DNA of 64,000 nucleotides from Gammaproteobacteria bacterium (GTDB lineage Bacteria; Pseudomonadota; Gammaproteobacteria; Steroidobacterales; XN24): the NCBI GenBank assembly GCA_029287575.1, contig JARFQW010000188.1, positions 19,365-83,364 of the forward strand. The letters are read 5' to 3'. Within the stretch, counting starts at the first letter, position 1. Every line of letters begins with the position of its first letter. The position numbers and the translations under genes are program-made. The notes under the pieces were generated by a model. The model made no database searches and had not been told where the DNA came from. It saw only the letters and a list, made by a program, of their open reading frames with translations. Shown here piece after piece: positions 8,991 through 15,385 of this stretch.

Positions 8991-9201
8991 GCCAGCCCGT
9001 ACTTTTCGCGATGTCGATTGATCTGCCCGGCTCAACTCTGAACCTTTACGTTACCGCGCACACTGTCCCGGCGTCGTCTATGTTTGGTTGTTCACGAATC
9101 CGACGGCTCGCGGCGCTTCGCCAGCGGCCGCCGTCCGGAGTCGGGCCGATGGATCCGGCCACCTGCAATCTGTTGTTGAACCCGACTAACGGAGAACCTC
9201 C

Positions 9202-9627
9202 ATGGGCCTTCTTGATTCCCTCATGAAAAATTCCGGCATTCTCGGCAACCTGAGCGAGCTGGCCGGCCAGAGCCCGCAGCTGGCACAGGCCGCACAGAGC
9301 CTGTTCAGCGCCAACGATGCCTCGGTGGGCGGCAGCGGCGGCCTCGCCGGCATCCTGGGTGCTCTGCAATCCTCCGGACTGGACGACGTGGTGTCCTCCT
9401 GGCTCGGTGGCGGTGACAACAAGGCCATTTCCCCGTCCCAGCTGGAATCGGCCCTCGGCAATGACACCTTGTCGCAGTTCGCCAGCAAGGCGGGGATCGG
9501 CGGACAGGAGGCCAGCGCCGTCCTCGCCGGCCTGTTGCCCCAGCTGGTGGATAGCTTGAGCCCGAAAGGCGGCCTGCCGGACGCCGGCAGCCTGGACGGC
9601 CTGCTGAAGAAAGCCCTGGGCGCCTGA
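9202..9627 (+). CDS. YidB family protein (DUF937)
   Basis: MGLLDSLMKN...GGLAGILGALQSSGLDDVVSSWLGGGDNKAISPSQLESALGNDTLSQFASKAGI...LLPQLVDSLSPKG is the typical YidB/DUF937 pattern. GGAG lies 8 nt upstream of the ATG. Confidence 0.75.
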   Translation: MGLLDSLMKNSGILGNLSELAGQSPQLAQAAQSLFSANDASVGGSGGLAGILGALQSSGLDDVVSSWLGGGDNKAISPSQLESALGNDTLSQFASKAGIGGQEASAVLAGLLPQLVDSLSPKGGLPDAGSLDGLLKKALGA

Positions 9628-9638
9628 CGCGCCAGATG

Positions 9639-9688
9639 CCGAACTGTCACCGGGGCGAGCCGAGGGGTTCGCCCCGGGGCACGTTCGG
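9639..9688. terminator. hairpin between convergent yidB-like and proQ-like genes
   Basis: CCGGGGCGA (9650-9658) pairs with TCGCCCCGG (9669-9677). The stem extends through CCGAAC/GTTCGG. There is no clear U-tract. Confidence 0.5.
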
Positions 9689-9697
9689 TCTCGAGAT

Positions 9698-10129
9698 CTA
9701 GCTTCTGGACTTCGCGAGCAGTTCGCGAGCTCGAGCCTTGTGCTCCGGATCGACGGGCCCGCTCGGCTCGCCGGCCAGGTCGTAGCGAACCGGCGATTCG
9801 ATCACCGCCTTGTGATAGCCACGGCGATTGGTCAGCCGGGCCAGGTTGCGCTCGATCTGTTTCCAGGGAATGCCGGTCGCTTCCCGGATGGCCTTGTCGA
9901 TTCTCACCATGAACGGGGGCCTGAGCACGAGCCCACTGGCCTCCAGCGCCGCGCGGAATTCCGCCAGCTCCATCGTGTGGCCCTCGCCTTCCGCCCGTTC
10001 CGGCGGCCGCGGCTCAGATGACGGCTCGACGACAGATTCCGACTCTCCGGCCTCGCCGGACGCTTCATGCCCGCCCTTGCGGGGCGTCATCATCCGCTTG
10101 CTGGGTTTTTTGAGCTTCAGGGTTCCCAT
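9698..10129 (-). CDS. ProQ/FinO-domain RNA chaperone-like protein
   Basis: C-terminal ...IPWKQIERNLARLTNRRGYHKAVIESPVRYDLAGEPSGPVDPEHKARARELL matches the ProQ/FinO domain signature (..YT.S..Y......R.DL.G.P.G.V..E). The N-terminus is a Lys/Glu-rich tail. Start taken at the internal ATG (MGTLKLKK). Confidence 0.65.
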   Translation of the reverse strand: MGTLKLKKPSKRMMTPRKGGHEASGEAGESESVVEPSSEPRPPERAEGEGHTMELAEFRAALEASGLVLRPPFMVRIDKAIREATGIPWKQIERNLARLTNRRGYHKAVIESPVRYDLAGEPSGPVDPEHKARARELLAKSRS

Positions 10130-10454
10130 GCACTGGTCCTCGAAGTCCGGGGACAGGGGCTGTTGACCGACACAAGGGTCATTCTGGACAGCACTGCCGT
10201 ACGGCCACGCGCGGCATTTGGAAAAGGATACGACGATCCAGCGCGTCCCGGAACCGCCAGAGGGGATTTCTCGCTTTTTGCCATCGGCCCTGTCATTACG
10301 GGGATCCACCGCGGTAGCACATCAACGACCACCTGGACCCGCGTTTTGCCGGTCGGGTGTTCATGGAACGCCGGGGCCAGGTTTTCTGAGCTGCGGCCGA
10401 TTCAGTTGTTCAGACGGCGCCGGCAAGTCCGGGCGGATGCGATTGCCGGAGAAC

Positions 10455-11234
10455 TCACTCGGCCGCGGGCGGCAGGCGACGCCCGCGAAAATAGGCGTGC
10501 AGGGGCATGACCACACCCAGAACCACATAGATCCAGCCGGCTACCGGGATCCAGTCGTCCGGGGCGGTGAGGGCGATCAGGATCGACACAAGGCCCACTC
10601 CGGTGATCAGCGACCAGGCCTGGATCTCGGTGCGAGTCTCAAAAATTTCCCGGTCGTTCAGCTCCAGTGGGGCACGCTTGGAAAATGCGTGACGAAACAG
10701 CAGCAGAATCGCCAGGCCGCTAGCAGTCCACCCGGCGCTGTACACGGCAAACAGGGTCCGGACCTCGGCGTAGGTCTCGGCACGGAAACGCGACGGCACC
10801 CAGTCGCCGGTCAGCGCGCTCAGGGCCTCGGTCAGGAGCACCTTGAGCGGATAGACGTACACCATGATGGTGAACACCAGCGTCAGCGTGAGAAACGTGC
10901 TCCAGCTGTCATCCAGGCCATAGCGCTGGCTCCAGGTTCGATGCCCCAGCCAGAACATCACCACGATGCCGAAACAGGCCGCGAATACCGGCACCGTGCG
11001 CAGCGCCGCGCTGAGCTCATCGAAGCTGACGGGGATCTCGTCGATGGAGATAACGAGCAGCGTCAGAGCAAACGCGAACGCGGCGTCCGCGAAGGTCTCC
11101 AGGCGGCTCATTTCCGCGCCACGCAGGCGAAACCCGCTCTTTACGGGCAGCTCCCGCCGCCCTGCCCTCGCCCCGGAGGCGCCACCCGGGTCGCCTCCGG
11201 GCTCAGGTTCCACGCCTGGGGACGGCGTACTCAA
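10455..11234 (-). CDS. TMEM175-family potassium channel (DUF1211)
   Basis: MSRLETFADAAFAFALTLLVISI is the family RxxxFSD-type helix-1 motif, followed by multiple TM helices. The true start may be the internal ATG at 11111. Confidence 0.75.
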   Translation of the reverse strand: MSTPSPGVEPEPGGDPGGASGARAGRRELPVKSGFRLRGAEMSRLETFADAAFAFALTLLVISIDEIPVSFDELSAALRTVPVFAACFGIVVMFWLGHRTWSQRYGLDDSWSTFLTLTLVFTIMVYVYPLKVLLTEALSALTGDWVPSRFRAETYAEVRTLFAVYSAGWTASGLAILLLFRHAFSKRAPLELNDREIFETRTEIQAWSLITGVGLVSILIALTAPDDWIPVAGWIYVVLGVVMPLHAYFRGRRLPPAAE

Positions 11235-11255
11235 TATTCCCGTCCCGGTCGCGAA

Positions 11256-11810
11256 TCAGTTCCCGGGCTTGACAACCACCATGTTGGCAACATCCTCGAC
11301 ACCTTTGACCCCGCGCGCGACCTCTCCCGCCCGGACCTTCTCTTCCTTGCTTTCGGTGAACCCGCTAAGGAGCACGACGTTGCGCCGGACCTCCACGCTG
11401 ACTTCCCGCGCGTCGGCCACCTCGTCACCGATGAGCGCGGCCTTGACCTTGGTTTCGATGGTCTGGTCATCGAGGACCTGGCCGGCGGAACGATCTGGCG
11501 CTGAGACGACGAGTCCGTTGGTCACCTGCTTCACGCCTTCCACCGACTCGGCCACCTGCTCGGCAGCGGCCCTTTCCGCATCGCTCTCCACGAAACCCGC
11601 CAGAATGACGTTGCCCTGGTAGGTCTCCAGGTTGATCGACCGGGCCTTGACCGCATCGCTCTCCGCCAGTGCCGCCTTGACCGACGCCTGCACGGTGGAA
11701 TCGTCCAGCGCCTCTCCGGCGGATCGTTCCGCGAACACATACGGTGCAGCGAACATCAGGCTCACAGCCACTGCGAGACCGGCCACAAGGGAAGCAATTC
11801 GATTCGCCAT
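11256..11810 (-). CDS. BON-domain (OsmY-like) periplasmic protein
   Basis: Signal peptide MANRIASLVAGLAVAVSLMFAAPYVFA, then two BON repeats (INLETYQGNVILAGFVESDAERAAAEQVAESVEGVKQVTN; VSVEVRRNVVLLSGFTESKEEKVRAGEVARGVKGVEDV). GGAGAG precedes the ATG. Confidence 0.8.
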   Translation of the reverse strand: MANRIASLVAGLAVAVSLMFAAPYVFAERSAGEALDDSTVQASVKAALAESDAVKARSINLETYQGNVILAGFVESDAERAAAEQVAESVEGVKQVTNGLVVSAPDRSAGQVLDDQTIETKVKAALIGDEVADAREVSVEVRRNVVLLSGFTESKEEKVRAGEVARGVKGVEDVANMVVVKPGN

Positions 11811-11910
11811 GAAGACTCTCCTGCAAAAAATCCTGCGCCCAGCGCGGGCGCCCCGTGTTCCGCCCAGAAGCTTAGCCGGGTGCACGCGGAATGCCATGCG
11901 GGCCGTTCGA

Positions 11911-12429
11911 TCAGGAACCGGAGTTTCGTTCCAGGCCCTCGATGACCTCCGTCGGGATCGTCTCCTCGCAAGACCAGCTCCGGCGCGCCGGGTTGCGCCA
12001 TGAATCATGGTAAGGCACCGCGAGGCCCGCCTGGAGCAGGGCCTGCGCCAGGTCCTCCCCCTCGACCTCTATGCGGCCCACCCACGAACGGGTATCCCGC
12101 CCCCGACGCACATCCCGGGCCTTCAGACGCCTGCCCTTGATAAAGCCCTCCACGAACGCCTTGGCCTCGTAGCCGAGCGGTTTCTCGCACTCCTGGTCGG
12201 TGTAGATCGCCGGCGTATGCACATTGGACAGGCGAAACCGTGTCGCGCCGCGCCCGGCGGGCCCTTCCAGAAATCGAATATCGTATCGATACCCTTCGAT
12301 CACCCGGGTTATCTCCATGCGAAACGGGCCCTCGCGAACCGGCTCCCGATAGCCTTCGGTCGCGAGCACCCCGGTGAACGCGAGCAAGCCCGCACACCAT
12401 CCGCCAAGACCCTTCACTAGCGTCCGCAC
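11911..12429 (-). CDS. thermonuclease (SNase)-like secreted nuclease
   Basis: Start at GTG 12429 with GGAGGAG upstream and signal peptide VRTLVKGLGGWCAGLLAFTGVLA. The SNase-like core is RFRLSNVHTPAIY...YEAKAFVEGFI...GRIEVEGEDLAQALLQAGLAVPY. Confidence 0.6.
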   Translation of the reverse strand: MRTLVKGLGGWCAGLLAFTGVLATEGYREPVREGPFRMEITRVIEGYRYDIRFLEGPAGRGATRFRLSNVHTPAIYTDQECEKPLGYEAKAFVEGFIKGRRLKARDVRRGRDTRSWVGRIEVEGEDLAQALLQAGLAVPYHDSWRNPARRSWSCEETIPTEVIEGLERNSGS

Positions 12430-12663
12430 CGATCCCTCTCCTCCAGTTCCTCTCCACGACCGGACGCCGCGGGGGGCAGCCCGTATCCTACCGGCCATCC
12501 CGCCGACTGGCCTGACTGGAGTCTCTCCGCCCGGAGCGAAGGAACCGTCGGGCTGTTCCAGGGCGGCGCATTCAGCAGCACGCGTTCACCAGGTCGGAGC
12601 TGCCGGTGCGCTAGGATGGGTCTGCTCCTTTCCCGGCGCACTTGCTTTGTTCGGAGAGTCCCC

Positions 12664-13350
12664 ATGGCCGCCTCGTCCCGCATCGCCCTGGTTGCCGGCG
12701 CCACCGGTCTCGTCGGCGGTCACCTGTTGCAGGCCTTGCTGCAGCGTTCCGAATTCGGCAAAGTCATCGCCGTCACCCGGCGAACGACGGCGGTGACCCA
12801 TCCGCACCTTACCGAGATTCTTGCGGACTTCGAACAACTCGAAGCCAGCCTCACCGAGGGCCTGGCCGGACGGCAGGTCGACTGCGCCTATTGCTGCCTT
12901 GGGACGACCCGGGCCAAGGCCGGCTCGCCAGCGGCGTTCAGGCGCGTCGATCTCGATCATGTTGCCGCCTTCGCCGGGAGCGCGAAGCGGGCGGGAACCG
13001 CGGTCTTCGCCCTGAACTCATCCGTCGGCGCTGACCCGGAGTCGGGCAATCTGTACCTCCGAACAAAGGGCGAAGCGGAAGCCGCCTGCCGGGCCGTGGG
13101 TTTCGAATCGCTGCTGATTTTTCGTCCGGGTCTGCTGCGCGGGCAGCGCGAGGAATTCCGGCTGGCCGAACGCCTCGGCGTACTCGCCGCGCCGCTCACC
13201 GACCGGCTCATGCTCGGGCCCCTGGCCCGCTATCGGAGCACGTCGGCGCGGGATCTTGCCGCGGTGATGTACGCGGCCAGTATCAACGCACAGCCGGGAG
13301 AAACCGTATTCGAGGGTCGCGATCTTGCGCCTGGCGGGGGCAGCGACTAA
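12664..13350 (+). CDS. NAD(P)H-binding (atypical SDR / HTATIP2-like) oxidoreductase
   Basis: Rossmann motif IALVAGATGLVGGHLLQALL with a short ~228 aa body. Start at the internal ATG preceded by GGAGAG. Confidence 0.7.
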   Translation: MAASSRIALVAGATGLVGGHLLQALLQRSEFGKVIAVTRRTTAVTHPHLTEILADFEQLEASLTEGLAGRQVDCAYCCLGTTRAKAGSPAAFRRVDLDHVAAFAGSAKRAGTAVFALNSSVGADPESGNLYLRTKGEAEAACRAVGFESLLIFRPGLLRGQREEFRLAERLGVLAAPLTDRLMLGPLARYRSTSARDLAAVMYAASINAQPGETVFEGRDLAPGGGSD

Positions 13351-13488
13351 GCGCTCCCGAATGGCGCCGGAGACACCCGTGAACTAGTTTTTCTCTATGT
13401 GCACCGGCTCGGGACCGGCGGCAATCGCCGAACGGGGACAGTCGTTGACCCGGTGCCGATCCCTGACGTACCCGGGAGGAGCTGACCC

Positions 13489-15138
13489 ATGTCCAGGCCA
13501 ACTGTTCGGGTAGAGAACGGCGCCGTCTCGCCCGCGCCGCGTGGCGCAACTTCGCACCGCGGCCGCGGTGACACCGGGTACACCCGGCTGTTGTTCCGAG
13601 TCGACGTCCCGGGACCCGTGCGCCGCAAGCCCGGAGCGCCGGTCGAGGCGCTCGAGGATCTGCTGGGCAAGGCATTCAGGGACCTTCGGTGCCGCTGGCC
13701 CGGCGTGGCCTTCGGCTTTGCCTTTGCGGTATCCGCCGAGAAGGTCAACGCGGCCAGTCCCCGTTCGACGTTCGACGACACCCGCAACCGGTATTTCTAT
13801 GCCTGGGTGCCGTTCGACACCTCGCTTGCCGGGTTCGTGCCGGACCTGGCGGTCCTTGCAGGCGTCGATTCGGCGAGCGTATCCGCGGACCCGCCGGTTA
13901 CCGTCTGGGAACCGCTGGCGGACCTGGATCCGGACGACGCCGCCGCGGAGTTCGACGCCTTCAGCCAGGCCTGGGCGGGGCCGGCGGGCATCAACGCCGT
14001 GAAGGCCTGGGCCTACGCGGGCGCCCGGGGCGAGGACATGACGATTGCCGACCTGGAACAGGGCTGGACCCTGGATCACATCGATCTCTACGACACCGGC
14101 AATCCCGACCGGATCCGCCGGGTATTCGGTCTGAACCAGGCCTACATGGGTCACGGTACGGCGGTCCTCGGCATCCTCGCGGCCAGGGAGGACGGCAAGG
14201 GCTGCACGGGTGCGGTGCCCGCGGCCCGGATCCGCTGTTATTCCCTCATCGAGGACTCCGGCTGGGACCTGCCCCTGCAGTGGGCCATCGATGCGGCGGT
14301 CTGGGGAGTCGATCCGCTGATCGCGCTCCGCGGCGAAGCCCCGGGCACGGGTGACGGACCTACCGCGGCCGGCGTCCATCCGCTGGAAAAAGGCGACATC
14401 CTGCTGATCGAAGACCAGGGAAGTCTGCCGGCCCTGGACGTAACCGGCGTTCCCGCCGAAGTGCAGCTGCCGGTCTTCATTGCGATTCAGGACGCGACCA
14501 GCCGCGAGATTACCGTGATCGAGCCGGCGGGTAACGGGAGCGTGGATCTCGATGACCTGGCCGGTCAGCCCGGAGTGGCGGGACTCGGAAGCGGAGCCGA
14601 GGACAGCGGCGCGATAGTCGTTGGCGCAAGCACCGCCGGCGGGTTCCGCGAGCGCCTGGACTCGTCGTGCTTTGGCGGCCGCGTCGACTGCCATGCCTGG
14701 GGTGAGGGCGTGTTTACGACCGGCGACGGCTGGGAGGGCAACGACCGGTTCTGCTACACACTGTTCGGCGGCACATCGGCGGCCGCCGCACAGGTGGCCG
14801 CCGCCGCGGCTGCCGTGCAGGGGGCCCACCGGCTGTTCAATGGCGCGACGCTGAATCCCGCGGACCTGCGTCAGGCCTTGAAGGACGCCGGTCAGCGTTC
14901 CCTCAATCCGGCCAACGACCGCATCGGCGTCATGCCCGACACCTACGGCACGATCCGGGCCTTCGCCGGCGAACCGCCGGGCACTACGCCCGCCTATCCG
15001 GATCCCGCGGACAACGATTTGTCGGACGTTGTCCTGTGCGGCGTCGCATACGACGAATTCGACGCACCGGCACCGGCCCTGGCCCCGGTATTCTTCGTGC
15101 TCGGACTGCTCGCCGGCATCGTCCTCATGCTCATATAG
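13489..15138 (+). CDS. S8 (subtilisin-like) serine peptidase with C-terminal transmembrane helix and no signal peptide
   Basis: Catalytic triad contexts are IADLEQGW (Asp), MGHGTAVLGI (His), PAGNGS (oxyanion Asn) and FGGTSAAAAQVAAAAA (Ser). GGGAGGAG lies 8 nt before the ATG. The last 18 aa, VFFVLGLLAGIVLMLI, are hydrophobic. The 592-aa antisense ORF is a shadow. Confidence 0.8.
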   Translation: MSRPTVRVENGAVSPAPRGATSHRGRGDTGYTRLLFRVDVPGPVRRKPGAPVEALEDLLGKAFRDLRCRWPGVAFGFAFAVSAEKVNAASPRSTFDDTRNRYFYAWVPFDTSLAGFVPDLAVLAGVDSASVSADPPVTVWEPLADLDPDDAAAEFDAFSQAWAGPAGINAVKAWAYAGARGEDMTIADLEQGWTLDHIDLYDTGNPDRIRRVFGLNQAYMGHGTAVLGILAAREDGKGCTGAVPAARIRCYSLIEDSGWDLPLQWAIDAAVWGVDPLIALRGEAPGTGDGPTAAGVHPLEKGDILLIEDQGSLPALDVTGVPAEVQLPVFIAIQDATSREITVIEPAGNGSVDLDDLAGQPGVAGLGSGAEDSGAIVVGASTAGGFRERLDSSCFGGRVDCHAWGEGVFTTGDGWEGNDRFCYTLFGGTSAAAAQVAAAAAAVQGAHRLFNGATLNPADLRQALKDAGQRSLNPANDRIGVMPDTYGTIRAFAGEPPGTTPAYPDPADNDLSDVVLCGVAYDEFDAPAPALAPVFFVLGLLAGIVLMLI

Positions 15139-15149
15139 CAGGGCCTGTT

Positions 15150-15169
15150 TCGACCGGGGCACCGGTCGA
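15150..15169. terminator. hairpin between convergent S8 peptidase gene and the 52-codon ORF
   Basis: TCGACCGG-ggca-CCGGTCGA is a perfect 8-bp stem. A third CCGGTCGA copy at 15181-15188 allows an alternative pairing. Confidence 0.5.
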
Positions 15170-15190
15170 GACCGACACCTCCGGTCGACG

Positions 15191-15349
15191 CTATCCGGTA
15201 CTCCGGATCACGAGCATCAGCACAATGCCCGCAAGCAGGCCCAGCACGAACCAGATGGCCTGCATGCGCGTCTGCACGGACTCCCAGCCCGACGGCGGTG
15301 GTTTTCTGGGCCGGTCTCCCGGCGGCGGTTTTCTTGGTCTGTCTCCCAT
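15191..15349 (-). CDS. 52-aa proline/arginine-rich tail-anchored membrane protein (below the 60-aa cutoff, so absent from the ORF track)
   Basis: My hand translation is MGDRPRKPPPGDRPRKPPPSGWESVQTRMQAIWFVLGLLAGIVLMLVIRSTG*. GGGAGGTGG lies 6-7 nt before the ATG. The ORF sits 36 nt downstream of the TPR regulator gene on the same strand. Its TM helix matches the S8 anchor at 13/13 residues, and all 7 nucleotide differences are synonymous. Confidence 0.6.
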   Translation of the reverse strand: MGDRPRKPPPGDRPRKPPPSGWESVQTRMQAIWFVLGLLAGIVLMLVIRSTG

Positions 15350-15385
15350 CGGCTCCACCTCCCTTGGGTGTTGCGGTTGCCGGCG

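Noticed and set aside
13384-15162. 592-aa ORF antisense to the S8 peptidase gene
   Set aside because: Its composition is Arg/Gly/Ala/Pro-rich with no recognisable motif. The plus strand carries the full subtilase catalytic set and a strong SD. This is a typical high-GC shadow ORF.
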